64,000 nucleotides of DNA from Octopus vulgaris (GCA_951406725.2 OX597833.1:17422001-17486000); one strand, 5' to 3'. Counted from the stretch's first letter, positions 1-13,427 are shown. Notes: generated by a model from the sequence alone, not told the origin. Translations and numbers: made by a program.

Positions 1-68
1 AGAAGAGGAGAAGGAAGGGGCAATGAGAATTTGATAATTTAAGAGACTGCATAATTCTTCTGTAGCAT

Positions 69-207
69 ATGTGTATACGTGTGTCTATGTATGTATGTAT
101 GTATGTATGTATGTATGTATGTATGTATGTATGTATGTATGTGTGTGTGTATGTATGTATGTATGTATGTATGTATGTATGTATGTATGTATGTATGTAT
201 GTATGTA

Positions 208-251
<44 letters not shown>

Positions 252-258
252 TGTGTGT
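69..258. repeat. (TATG)n/(TG)n compound microsatellite, representative of dozens of such tracts across the window
   Basis: Direct reading. It accounts for the MYVC/HTYI ORFs. Confidence 0.98.
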
Positions 259-930
259 GCTGAAGAAGCAGAAGGAGGAAGGCCCCCGCATTTCACAATC
301 TCCCCAGGTAAACACAACATCTGTTTCCATTTTATTCGTTCTAAATTTCTCATTGCTGAAGGTTAAAAGGAAGCCACTGTCAAATTGATTACGACGCACT
401 TTGACGCGTTAGTCAACCCTTCTGCAACTAATATAACATATTGCTCCCTACCTTTGCTTTCATGTCTACATTAATCCTAAATTAAGCTGAGATTACCAAT
501 AAGAAACTAGTGTTCTGTCCAGGAAATGCATGCAGGATATTATTCCCTTTTTTTTTCTCCCTTTTTTTCGTCTCTTTTTGCTCCTTTAACTCGTTTAAAA
601 CTGATCCCTTCGAGGACTATGTTCCTCTAACATTCTCTCCCTGTCAACATCCCATCTTAAAGCAATGATTTAAAATAATATTTATGTGAGTTAATTATAT
701 TAGAAAAAAGTCAAGACTGTGCCCGTTAGGGTTCTCCTTATATTGATGTTTGCTTGTGGTTTATGGGGGTGAAATTAGTACAGTTTAAGTTGTGGGTGTA
801 GAAGACAACGGTTAGCAGTGGGGATAGTCATTGGAATCTTTTGATACGCATTAATTATTGAATATCCACTTGGATATTAATTGCTAAATATTTTCTTATA
901 CACCACGCCAAACACATGCGCATATATATT

Positions 931-1432
<502 letters not shown>

Positions 1433-1575
1433 TATATATATACAATCTTTGGTATACATATACAGCCTTTTGACAGCAAAAATTAAAATGGATTTTTTAT
1501 ACATCTCAGAACATTTCAAGTTCAAGGCGAGAATATGTTTTTACTGACCTGTCGGTATTAGCAGACACAACTCAA

Positions 1576-2037
<462 letters not shown>

Positions 2038-2107
2038 GTATGTATATGTTGAATCTCATGCGGGCGTCCCGTGTATAGTTCTGCAAATTATATTTTGCTA
2101 CGATGAC

Positions 2108-2174
2108 CACACTGAAGAGTTGCGGACACCTACGTAAGTGATTACGTAAGTGGTAACAATGAAACCGGTTTGTG
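2108..2174 (+). ncRNA. Type-I hammerhead ribozyme motif with canonical core
   Basis: CACA-CTGAAGA-GTTG...CAAT-GAAAC-CG-GTT-TGTG. Stem I is CACA/TGTG and stem III is the palindrome ACCGGT. Related copy at 19062-19126 (-). Confidence 0.7.
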
Positions 2175-2199
2175 ATTAATCTGTATATTTTGTATCTTT

Positions 2200-2760
2200 T
2201 CACAAGGCCCTAAATCTTGGAGGAGGGGGCCAGTCGATTAGATCGACCCCATTATGCAACTGGTACTTAATTTATTGACCCCGAAAGGATGAACGGCAAA
2301 GTCGACCTCGACGGAATTTGAACTCTGAACGTAGAGACAGACGAAATTCCCATTTCTTTACTGCCCACAAGGGGCTAAACATAGAGGGGACAAACAAGGA
2401 GAGACAAACCGATTAAGTCGATTACATCGACCCCAGTCCGTAACTGGTACTTAATTTATCAACCCCGGAAGGATGAAAGGCAAAGTCGACCTCGGCGGAA
2501 TTTGAACTTAGAACGTAACGGCAGACGAAACACCTATTTCTTTACTACCCACAAGGGGCTATACACAGAGGGGGCAAACAAGCACAGACAAACGGATTAA
2601 GTCGATTATATCGACCCCAATGCGTAACTGGTACTTATTTAATCGCCTCCGAAAGGATGAAAGGCAAAGTCGACCTCGGTGGAATTTGAACTCAGAACGT
2701 AACGGCAGACGAATTACCGGTAAGCATTTCACCCGGCGTGCTAACGATTCTGCCTGCTTG
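2200..2760 (-). mobile_element. tRNA-derived SINE group A, multimeric form with repeated ~160-bp internal module
   Basis: Three iterations of CCCCGAAAGGATGAAAGGCAAAGTCGACCTCGGCGGAATTTGAACTCAGAAC. The family recurs more than 20 times in the window. Confidence 0.9.
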
Positions 2761-2979
2761 TTCCCTCATTTTCTTATATATTAATACTTAATTTTTTTTT
2801 TAAATCACATTTATTTAAGTTAATCAAAACCTAATTAGTAAGAGTTATCAGATCTTAGTAGCTTGATAGGGGAAGCTTGAAATATTTTCTTTTTTTCCTT
2901 TATTCGTTCTTTGTTTTTTTTTGGGTTTTTTTGCAGACTGCCCACCATTGGTTAATCCACCTTTAAATCTGAGATAAGT

Positions 2980-3300
2980 GAAGGCGCGTGGCTTAGTGGT
3001 TAGAGTATTCGGCTCATGATTATCAAGTCGTGAGTTCAATTCCCGGCAACGCGTTGTGTCCTTGAGCAACACACTTTATTTCACTTTGCTCCAGTCCACT
3101 CAGCTGGCAAAAACGAGTAGTACCTGTATTTCAAAGGACCAGCCTTGTCACACTCTGTGTCACGTTGCATCTCTCAGAGAACTACGTGAAGGGTACACGT
3201 GTCTGTAGAGTGCTCAGCCACTTTCACATTAATTTCACGAGTAGGCCGTTCCGTCGATCGAATCAACTGGAACCTTTGTCGTCGTAAGAGACTGAGTCCC
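2980..3300 (+). mobile_element. tRNA-derived SINE group B (CORE-like central domain) with 13-bp TSD
   Basis: A box TGGCTTAGTGG, B box GAGTTCAATTCC and TGTGTCCTTGAGCAA..CACTT. AAATCTGAGATAA flanks both sides. Confidence 0.88.
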
Positions 3301-3559
3301 AAATCTGAGATAAAATGACCCCTTATTTAAGACTAGCTAAAATTGCAGTAACATATTTCGTGATTATTTACAGAGATTATTGAACGCTAATTACTCGCCA
3401 AAAATCATCTCTAGCCCTTACATGATACTTCAGTGCTTAGATAAGCTTCGGCCAGAAATGGCCCAGGCCACGACTAACTTAACAATACCATCTGGGAAAC
3501 ACATGTAATGATGTTTCATAATTCAGTCACATTTTGGGTACCATAGCCCATTCGAGTGA

Positions 3560-3860
3560 AAAGCTATTGTTTCCAGAGATATATCCGACCGCAGGTGGTT
3601 TATCTGGAATTTGCTGGAAATATGCATCCAAGAATCATTTAAATGTTATGAGATATATTTCTTTTCTCAAATGCCTTCGCAAGATGTTAAAGAGAGCAGG
3701 GCCAGATGAGGTGAACTAGATGTCAATATAAATTCACCGTCATCTGCTGGTTTTTATCTGGGTCAAAGCAACCCTGAAATACAATCCAGAAACTTTTTAA
3801 AATATAGCAGATGGAAATTATACAAGAAACTGGATCCCTCTCCACAGGATAGAATGAGAC
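3560..3860 (-). pseudogene. Decayed CR1-like LINE RT C-terminus
   Basis: Minus-strand translation across frameshifts gives GPALFNIL...TFK.FLDAYFQQIPDKPPAVGY, resembling the GP.LFN.LP...FK..LD..L..IPD.P end of invertebrate CR1-group ORF2. Confidence 0.6.
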
Positions 3861-3961
3861 ATCATTCTGTTGTTTCATTTCTTATCAAGTCTGACGCAAG
3901 ATCATATTTTCTCGAAACCTTTGCCTACACTGTTAATTTGTGTATTATTTACACTACATCA

Positions 3962-4580
3962 AGGCGGCGAGCTGGCAGAAAAGTTAGCACGCCGGGCGAA
4001 ATGCTTAGCGATATGTCGTCTGCCGTTACGTTCTGAGTTCAAATTCCGCCGAGGTCGACTTGCCTTTCATCCTTTCGTGTTCGATAAATTAACTACCAGT
4101 TACGCACTGGGGTTGATGTAATCGACTTAATCCGTTTGTCTGTCCTTGTTTGTCCTCTCTGTGTTTAGCCCCTTGTGGGTAGTAAAGAAATAGAAATAGG
4201 TATTTCGTCTGCCGCTACGTTCTGAGTTCAAATTCCGCCGAGGTCGAGTTTGCCTTTCATCCTTTCGGGGTCGATAAATTAAGTACTTGTTACTTACTGG
4301 GGTCGATATAAACGACTTAATCCCTTTATCTGCCCTTGTTTGTCCCCTCTATGTTTCGCCCCTTGTGAGCAATAAAGAAATAAGAAACGTTAGCATGCCG
4401 GGAAAAATGCTTAGCGGTATTTCGTTTGCCTTTATGTTCTTTGTTCAAATTCCGCCGAGGTCGACTTTGCTTTCATCCTTTCGGGGTCGATAAATAAAGT
4501 ACCAGTTGCGCACTGGGTCGATCTAATCGACTGGCCCCCTCCTCCAAAATTTCGGGCCTCGTGCTTTGAGTAGAAAAGAA
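3962..4580 (+). mobile_element. SINE group A multimer
   Basis: Head GGCGGCGAGCTGGCAGAA..GTTAGCACGCCGGGCGAAATGCTTAGCG followed by three core modules. Confidence 0.9.
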
Positions 4581-4779
4581 TCCACTGAGCAGAATATGTC
4601 TTCTTGTGTGTGAGTATGTGTGTATGTGTAATTGTAAGATCCGAGGGTCTAAGTGTAGGAAGTTGGTAAGCTTCGAGTAGTCAGTGGCAGGTATAAGAAA
4701 ACATCTTTCAGGAACGATAATGATTTATTGGCGTAGAAATCGTAGGCTTTTCCCATATCGAAGTTCGATCAGCTCTTTT

Positions 4780-4992
4780 ATTCTTTTACTCTTTTACTTG
4801 TTTCAGTCATTTGACTGCGGCCATGCAGGAGCACCGCCTTTAGCCCAGCAAATCGACCCCGGGACTTATTCTGTGTAAGCCCAGTACTTATTCTATAGGT
4901 CTCTTTTGTCGAACCGCTAAGTTACGGGGACGTAAACACACCAGCATCGGTTGTCAAGCGATGTTGAGGGGACAAACACAGTCACACAAACG

Positions 4993-5059
<67 letters not shown>

Positions 5060-5225
5060 GTACAACGGGCTTCTTTCAGTTTCCGTCTACCAAATCCACT
5101 CACAAGGCTTTGGACGGCCCGAGGCTATAGTAGAAGACACTTGCCCAAGGTGCCACGCAGTGGGACTGAACCCGGAACCATGTGGTTGGGAAGTAAGCAA
5201 CTTACAATACAGCCACTCCCGCACC
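4780..5225 (-). mobile_element. tRNA-derived SINE group C with internal (TA)n(TG)n microsatellite
   Basis: Full-length homolog of 41403-41860. The tail is ..GACTGAAACAAGTAAAAGAGTAAAAG. Confidence 0.9.
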
Positions 5226-5929
5226 AATATTAAGAAAGTTGGCATTTCCTTCGTCCCTACATTCTGAGTTCAAATTCCGCCGAGGTCGACTTTGCACTGA
5301 ATACTGTCGGGGTCTATAAAATAATTACCAGTTGATCACTGGCCTAGATGTAATCAACTTACCCACTTCACCGATCTTGCTGGCCTGGTCCCAAAATATA
5401 AAATCAATATTAAAACAGTTGGAAAGGTTTTGAGCTTGCAGAAACGTTAGCACTTCGCGAAAATTGCTTAGCGGTATTTCGCCCGTCTTTACGTTCTGAG
5501 TTCAAATTCTGCTGTGGGTCGATAAAATAAGTACCAGTTAAGCACTGGGGTCGATGCAATCGACTTAAACCCTACCCTGAAATAGCTGGCTTTATGCCAA
5601 AATATGAAACCAACATTATCAAAGATATTCTCATTGCTCACATTTTCGTTATTTCAATTTCGTATATTGTTTGTACTTTCCGTATGTATTATTTTCTCTT
5701 TTAAGTGTTCTGTTTTTACCTGCGGTAGTTTTAGTTTTGAAAATATATACATTTTAAAAAATAGTTTGTTGGGATCCATAATTACTTTTAGATCAGGGTT
5801 ATTTTCCCTCCAGAGAGATCGGGTGTTGCTGTGAAATATGCATGTAATATGGAATCGTATTTACCTCATGTCAACATATAATTTATGTTGTTATTATTTC
5901 ATCATTGGTAAGGAATCTTTTTTCGAAAT

Positions 5930-6105
5930 AGCGACGTCTGTTGTTACTTGCACGGCTAATTATATTACATATTATGTAACACTTGGGGCTTTGCTTATGT
6001 ATTTGTCTGCATTTTTAAAATCATTTCGAAGTCTCCTATTATCACAGGGATTGTTTCAGGTTCCAATTCCTGTATTCTCATTTTCAGATATTTATATTTA
6101 GATAC
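5930..6105 (-). pseudogene. R4/Dong-like (RLE) LINE, C-terminal fragment
   Basis: Minus strand gives SKYKYLKMRI..ETIPVIIGDFEMI..NADKYISKAP, matching the SKYKDL...TIP(I/V)IVGALG end of R4/Dong-type ORFs. Confidence 0.65.
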
Positions 6106-6149
6106 GATAAATTGCATATGCATTCTTAGTACGTTCTGGCATATTTGAA

Positions 6150-6660
6150 CGTAAATCCTCGAGTATAATGCGCATTTTCCCCCAAAAATTTAAAGGTCAA
6201 AATCCCTAGTGCGTACTATATACGAGGTTAAAAATGAAAATTATTTTCTAAGCAATGTCCGACTTTCTATTTGCTGTCCGGCAATGTTTATTCAGACGCA
6301 TTTTCTGATGTTAGGCGCGAAAATACCTTAAGCTAAGCCTGAAAGCAATGAAGTCATAAAAGAATCATCCATAACTTGCAGTAAGCAACATTTATTAAAC
6401 GTTATTACTGTTATTTCTTTATTTTCTGCAAACAAAATGCACAAAAAAGCTACACGTTTGCATTATGTTATATATACAATAATAATAAAGGACGTTACCG
6501 TATACATTTTTACAAACCAAGGACGTTATATAGAGCTTCTTGACCCAAGTTAGAGAAGGGGTGCGTATTATACAGAAGGGGTAGGTGTTTCAGAGGTACA
6601 GCCCCCTAAAAATCCCATGCGTATTATACTCAAGGGCGGACTATATTCGAGGATTTACGG
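6150..6660. mobile_element. MITE, Tc1/mariner-pogo-type non-autonomous DNA transposon
   Basis: TIRs CGTAAATCCTCGAGTATA / TATATTCGAGGATTTACGG followed by TA, plus subterminal TGCGTATTATA repeats. Confidence 0.8.
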
Positions 6661-7144
6661 TATGCTAATCGCTGTTGTATTTTGTTACAGAACACTTTCT
6701 CCTTTACAACGAATGTGTTCAACTCGATTCATTAGCACAATGGTCTATAGAACAGTCGGTGTTCCAGAAGCGTCGTGTTTTATCAGCCAGAGGCTACCCG
6801 AACTAATGAAGCCGAATAACAATTGGAATCTCTTGTTTATAACTTCAGCAGACTTTGCTGATCTATGCTGGTATCTGTCAACCGATAACCAGTCGTCATA
6901 TGCACGGTAATCAGCCAGAAACAAAACGATGACTTTAACATTCATCTTCAATACGCTGCAGGGGATTCGAACGTGAAAACACTAATCGCTGTTGTGTTCC
7001 GTCACCGGAGAGCAACTGTTCTTTTACGACGATTATCCTCTAATATTCACACTCAAACCATTAGTGCAAGGGATTCTGGGAAAGCCGGAGTTTCGACATC
7101 AATTGTGTCTTGTCAGCCAGAAACACTCTCGGACCAATGAATAT

Positions 7145-7370
7145 ATATTTCTTTACTGCCCACAAGGGGCTAAACATAGAGGGGACAAACAAGGACAGAC
7201 AAAGGGATTAAGTCGATTACATCGACCCCAGAGCGAAACTGGTACTTTATTTATCGACCCCGAAAGGATGAAAAGCAAAGTCGACTTCGGCGGAATTTGA
7301 ACTCAGAACGTAATGGCAGACGAAATACCGGTAAGCATTTCGCCCGGCGTGCTAACGATTCTGCCAGCTC
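7145..7370 (-). mobile_element. SINE group A with TSD TGAATATA
   Basis: Family homology. TGAATATA occurs at 7138 and 7371. Confidence 0.88.
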
Positions 7371-7583
7371 TGAATATAACAAGAACCGATGGTTTGTTTA
7401 TAATTTCAGCGAACAAACTGATGATATCTGCCAACCAATAATAAATCATTATATGCATGGTGACCAGCGAGAATCAAACCGATGACTTCGACATTCATTA
7501 TTAATACGTTGAAGTGGATTCGAATGTGAATGTGTTAATCGCTGCAGAATATACTGAATCACAGGAGAACAACGTCTCCTTCA

Positions 7584-8052
7584 GGCGGCGAGCTGACAGA
7601 ATCGTTAGCACGCCGGGCGAAATGCTTAGCGGTATTTCGTCAGCCGTAACGTTCTGAGTTTAAATTCCGCCGAGGTCGACTTTGCCTTTCATCCTTTCGG
7701 GGGCGATAAATTAAGTACCAGTTACGCACTGGGGTCGCTGTTATCGACTTAACCCCTTTATCTGTCCTTGTTTGTCCTCTCTGTGTTTAGCCCCTTGTGG
7801 GTTGTAAAGAAATTGAAATAGGTATTTCGTCTGTTTTAAAATTGCACGCCGGGCGAAATGCTTAGCAGTATCTCGTCAACCGCTACGTTCTGAGTTCAAA
7901 TTCCGCCGAGGTCGACTTTGCCTTTCATCCTTTCGGGGTCGATTAAATAAGTACCAGTTACGCACTGGGGTCGATATAATCTACTTAAGCCCTTTGTCTG
8001 TCCTTGTTTGTCCCCTCTATGTTTAGTCCCTTGTGGGCAATAAAGAAATAAG
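7584..8052 (+). mobile_element. SINE group A dimer with ~18-bp TSD
   Basis: AGAACAAC(G/C)TCTCCTTCA on both sides. Confidence 0.88.
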
Positions 8053-8184
8053 AACAACCTCTCCTTCATGACGAATATGTGTTCATAACACGCTCGGTTC
8101 ATTAGCGTAATGGACTATAGAACATCCGGTGCTCCGACATTGTTGTGTCTCGTCTGCCGGAAAGTATTAAGAATGAATTTTATC

Positions 8185-8400
8185 ACTGTTCCCCGTACAT
8201 TTGATGATTTATTGTTGGATAATTTCTCTACTTCTTTCAGAAATATTTCCTTGTCTGTTGGAATTAATATAACTATCAAGAGATAACTTCCTCTCCTTGT
8301 GGTTCTTTTCAGTGATATCCAAGAGATTAACCTTCGTTTTCCTGTCTGTGTGGATTAGTATATCCACAAATATGGTGGCTTCTTCAATAACAGAAACCCT
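8185..8400 (-). pseudogene. R4/Dong-like LINE restriction-like endonuclease region
   Basis: Minus strand gives EEATIFVDILIHTDRKTKVNLLDITEKNHKERK..LIPTDKEIFLKEVEKLS, a decayed form of the ILWD.PIHTDR.I.ANRPDI...LID..IP...KE.EK motif. Confidence 0.75.
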
Positions 8401-8723
8401 TTAAGGAGGCAAGTTGGCAGAATCGCCGGGAAAATTGCTTAGCGGCAATTTGTCCATCTTCAGGTTCTGACTTAGTTCCTGCCCCAAACCCACTGGCCTT
8501 GTGCCAAACTTTGAAACCAATATTAAAAAAGTTGGCATTCCGCTCGTCTGGGTTCAAATTCCGCTAAGGTGAAATTTGTATTTAATCCTTTCGGGGTCGA
8601 TTAAATACATGCCAATTGAACACTGGGGTCGATATAATCGATTTGCCACTCCACCGAACTTGTTGGCCTTGTACCAAAATATGAAACCAATATTAAGAAA
8701 GTTGGAAAGGCGGCGAGCTAGCT

Positions 8724-9020
8724 TGCTTGGTTGAAACAGCATTCACCCGGGGTGGGTTGAGCTGGCTTCATTCATCCTCAATGCTGCATCTCTCACAAAC
8801 GACGACCAGGCCTGGCGATTTGAGGCTAACGACCGCGTGATCTCCAACCACTCCCTATTCCAGCGGCGAACGCCGTAGACATGGGTGCCTAGGTTGGGTT
8901 CCAGATCAGCCTTGACTGTCATCAGCCAGGTTTTTCGTTGTCCACCACATCGCTTTCGCCAACCCTGAAGGGGAGCTGAGGCAATTGCTTCGTAGACGAA
9001 TTCTCCTGGTTGACGAACTA
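8724..9020 (-). pseudogene. RTE-clade LINE 3' end inserted inside a group A SINE
   Basis: ORF 8743-9060 contains GWRKRCGGQRKTWLMTVKADL...LASNRQAWSSFVRD* followed by a short (CAAG)n tail. It splits the SINE head GGCGGCGAGCTAGC|AGAATCG with CTAGC duplicated. Confidence 0.8.
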
Positions 9021-9219
9021 GCAGAATCGATAGCCCGCCAGACAAAATGCTTAGCGGCATTTCGTCCGTCTTTACGTTCTGAGTTCAAACTCCATCAAGA
9101 TCGAATTTCTTTCATCCTTTCGGGGTCGATAAAATAAGCATCAGTTGAGCACTGGAGTTCGATATAATCGACTAGCACCCTCTCCCAAAATTGCTGGCTT
9201 TGTGCCAAATTTGAAACCA

Positions 9220-9545
9220 ATCTCAGGACTCTTTTTACGGTGTATTTCATAATAGCTGACATTCTCAGAGCCCTTCCTTCTGTCACTATTTCATGATGCA
9301 GGCATCGATTCCAGTGTATGAAAGCTCGAATTCCAACATAACTGTAACTGTACTATTTCAAAGAATTCGGTAACAAGAGATAATATGATTAATAGTTCTC
9401 TTGTAATTCCCACATACTCTGCAGTCAATAATATATTCTGTTACATTTGCAGAACGGCCATTTTTGGCAGTTTCTGGTAGAGGGAAGTTTTTGTCATTTG
9501 CTGAAATGAAAAATTAGTCAATCTCAGCTTTGACTCATGGGCTTC
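9220..9545 (-). pseudogene. R4/Dong-like LINE CCHC zinc-knuckle region
   Basis: Minus strand gives LPTRNCQK...DCRVCGNYKRTINHIISC...IHWN, resembling the L.TRNY...CR.C...ETI.HI.S.C...IHW motif. Confidence 0.7.
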
Positions 9546-9569
9546 TGGGCCAACGAATGTTTTGTGTTT

Positions 9570-9662
9570 GTTTTCATTGTTTCATTTATTGGATTGCGGC
9601 CATGCTGGGGCACAATCTTGAAAAGTTTTAGTCGAACAAATTACCCCCACTACTTTATATAC

Positions 9663-9731
<69 letters not shown>

Positions 9732-9747
9732 TACATATACTTATATA

Positions 9748-9788
<41 letters not shown>

Positions 9789-9830
9789 TTATACATATAT
9801 ATATATACATATACTTATATACATATACAA

Positions 9831-9897
<67 letters not shown>

Positions 9898-10175
9898 AAG
9901 TACTTATCATATCCGGTTGATGGATAGTACTTATCTTACCCGTCTCTTTTGCTGAACCTCTAAGTTTGTTTGTCAAGCGGTGGGTGGGGGGTCAAAAACA
10001 GATACATCCATCCTTACATACATACGTACGTACATACATACGACTGGTTACCATATTTACTCAGAAAACATCGGCCGCCCCGGGGCTATAGTAAACAACA
10101 CTTGACCACGGGGCCGCCTTGTGGGTCTGAACCTGAAACCATGTGGTTCCAAAGCGAACATCTTAACCACACATC
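9570..10175 (-). mobile_element. Diverged SINE group C interrupted by an expanded (TA)n tract
   Basis: Homology to 4780-5225. Confidence 0.75.
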
Positions 10176-10331
10176 CACGAATCTTTTTTTTTATGTTAAT
10201 TTAATCTCGTCTCTTGAATTTTTCTTGACATCGTACTATCTCCAATTCTTAACTTATATATCTATTACCTTTTACTTGTTTCAGTCATCAAACTGTATGT
10301 ACATATGTATGTATGTATGTATATATAATTG

Positions 10332-10955
<624 letters not shown>

Positions 10956-10962
10956 TTATATA

Positions 10963-11343
10963 TCTTTATATATAAAAGAAAGGTTGTGTGTCTGTCTACT
11001 CCGATTTAGATTCCTAACTACTCCCACATTTTGCGGTGCAGTTTAACCAAAATCGGGTATCTTATAGTCGTGATTCATATCAAACCCTTCTGGGTATTAG
11101 CGCGCGTCTACGATTTTAAAAATTTACCATCATTTGTTTCCATTTTAATGCATTTTTTCGCTATTATATAAGGGAAGTAACTCTCTAAAAATGTCTACGA
11201 TGAGTCAACGATCTAAAAAAAAATTTACCATAAATCTTTTTCCATTTTTAATGCATATTTTGCTATTTTTTGGCTATAACTCTCTAAAAATGCTTTATAG
11301 TTATTTCCCTTACAAACCCGAGCAACGCCGGGCGATACTGCTA

Positions 11344-11344
<1 letters not shown>
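10963..11344 (+). mobile_element. Non-autonomous Helitron
   Basis: 5' TC(TTTATATATAAAAG) and a 3' hairpin CCCGAGCAACGCCGGG just before the terminal CTAG. Inserted between A and T. Confidence 0.85.
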
Positions 11345-11396
<52 letters not shown>

Positions 11397-11421
11397 CATG
11401 CGTAAAAATCAAAAGATTATT

Positions 11422-11495
11422 CGATCACGACGAGTCACGAACTTGCAATCTTTTGATTTGAAGTCAGACGCCTTTATCCATTAGGCCACGCATAT
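11422..11495 (-). pseudogene. tRNA-Arg(TCG)-derived pseudogene, anticodon now reads TCA
   Basis: GTGGCCTAATGGATAAAGGCGTCTGACTTCAAATCAAAAGATTGCAAGTTCG closely follows metazoan tRNA-Arg(TCG). The acceptor and T stems are degraded. Confidence 0.75.
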
Positions 11496-11959
11496 TTGCT
11501 TTCACAATTCCTATTGTTGTTTTTCTTACTCTTCCCAGCTGTTTGTGTGTGCATGTGGTGTACTTCACTCTCTGTTTTGTATTTGTTGACTTCATCGCAG
11601 ACAGAAAACAGCTTCTGTTTTGCTTTGCTCTTCTCTTGTATATATTTCTGTTAATTTTGTATTATTTTTTAGCAGATATTTTTGTAAGTGTTTCAGTTTA
11701 TGTTTTCTAATAGTTTTCTAGTTACAAAAGACTCCACCTACATCCCTGGTTTTATATATGTATATATATATTTTTATCTATTATTTTTTTACTTGTTTCA
11801 CTCATTGGACTGCGGCCATCCTGTGGTACCGCCTTCAAGGGATTTATGTGAAGAAATCGACACCCGCAGCATTAACTTTTAAGCATGGTACATATACTCT
11901 TTTTGTCGAACAGCTAAATTACAGGGCTGTCAACAAACCGACACAAATAATGGAGAGGG

Positions 11960-12360
11960 GGAGGCGGCGAGCTGGCAGAAACGTTAGCACGCCGGGCGAA
12001 ATGATGAGCGGTATTTCGTTTGTCTTTACGTTCTGAGTTCAAATTCCGCCGAGGTCGACTTTGCCTTTCATCTTTTCGGAGTCGATAAATTAAGTACCAG
12101 TTACGCACTGGCGTCAATATAATCGACTTAATCCGTTTGTATGTTCTTGTTTGTCCCCTCTGTGTTTAGCCCCTTGTGGGTAGTAAAGAAATAGGTATTT
12201 CGTTTGTCTTTACGCTCTGAGTTCAAATTCCGCCGAGGTCGACTTTGCCTTTCATCCTTTCGGGTCGATAAATTAAGTACTAGTTGCGTACTGGGATCGA
12301 TCTAATCGACTGGCCCCCTTCTCCCAAAAAGTTTCGGGCCTTGTGCCAAGAATAGAAAAG
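11960..12360 (+). mobile_element. SINE group A dimer
   Basis: Family homology. Confidence 0.9.
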
Positions 12361-12474
12361 AAAAAAGTGACGGGATGAGGATTGACAAACACAACCACAA
12401 ATATACACACATACATACATACATACATACATACAGACAGACAGACAGACATATGCATGTAGGAGGAATGCCTG

Positions 12475-12558
<84 letters not shown>

Positions 12559-13103
12559 TGTATGTGCGAGTGTGTGTATGTGTACACACGACGGGCTCCT
12601 TTCAGTTTCCGTCTACCAAATCCACCCTGCTTTGGTCAGGCTAGAAGATACTCGCCCAAGGTGCGACGCAGGAGACTGAACCCGAAACCATGTGGTTGGG
12701 AAGCAAGCTTCTTACCACAGAGCCATGCCTGCACCTATTTGTTGTAAATATAATCTTTCTTTGTTTGGTTTTGGGTGTGTTCTGAATGATGTCATTGTTT
12801 TTTCTTATGTTTCTGTCTGGCCTTTCTAATTGTCTCAGGATTCAGATGAGAATATTTCAACAAAATATTTACAGGGATAAATGCAGTATTAATGTCACTT
12901 GACATTTATTTTACATAACAAGGCTGTGTGGTGAAGAAATTCGCTTTGCGACCATGCGGTTTCGACTTGAGTCTCACTGCACAGTATTTTGGACGTGTGC
13001 TTTCTAGTACAGCCTTGGGCTGCCTATTGTCTTGTGGATGGATTTGTTAGGCGGGAACTGTGTGGAACTTCGTCTTAAACACAGTCACACACATACATAT
13101 ATG

Positions 13104-13182
<79 letters not shown>

Positions 13183-13192
13183 ATATATTATG

Positions 13193-13298
13193 TATATATG
13201 AAAAAACAAGTCAAAAATAGAAAATGCTAAGATAATTTTATAGTGAATCTTGACTTGTTTTTTCATATATATCAACTCGTGTGTTCCTTTCCACCCTT
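13193..13298 (+). mobile_element. Short foldback plus tail, same family as 29970-30140
   Basis: TATATGAAAAAACAAGTCAA / TTGACTTGTTTTTTCATATA. The first 45 bp match 29970. Confidence 0.7.
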
Positions 13299-13363
13299 AT
13301 ACATATGTATATATGTATATATATGTATATATGTATATATATGTATATATGTATATATATGTA

Positions 13364-13423
<60 letters not shown>

Positions 13424-13427
<4 letters not shown>

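Larger units (their letters stand above)
6665..8170 (-). repeat. Old tandem repeat of about three ~317-bp units, each with a decayed HHR-like motif and interrupted by SINEs
   Basis: Unit starts (C/T)TAATCGCTG at 6665, 6982 and 7535. An inverted homolog lies at 54870-55035. Confidence 0.7.

Noticed and set aside
6992-7485. Recurrent peptides such as IDPERMKGKVDLGGI and [14 protein letters not shown] in many ORFs
   Set aside because: Chance translations of high-copy SINEs, not a protein family.
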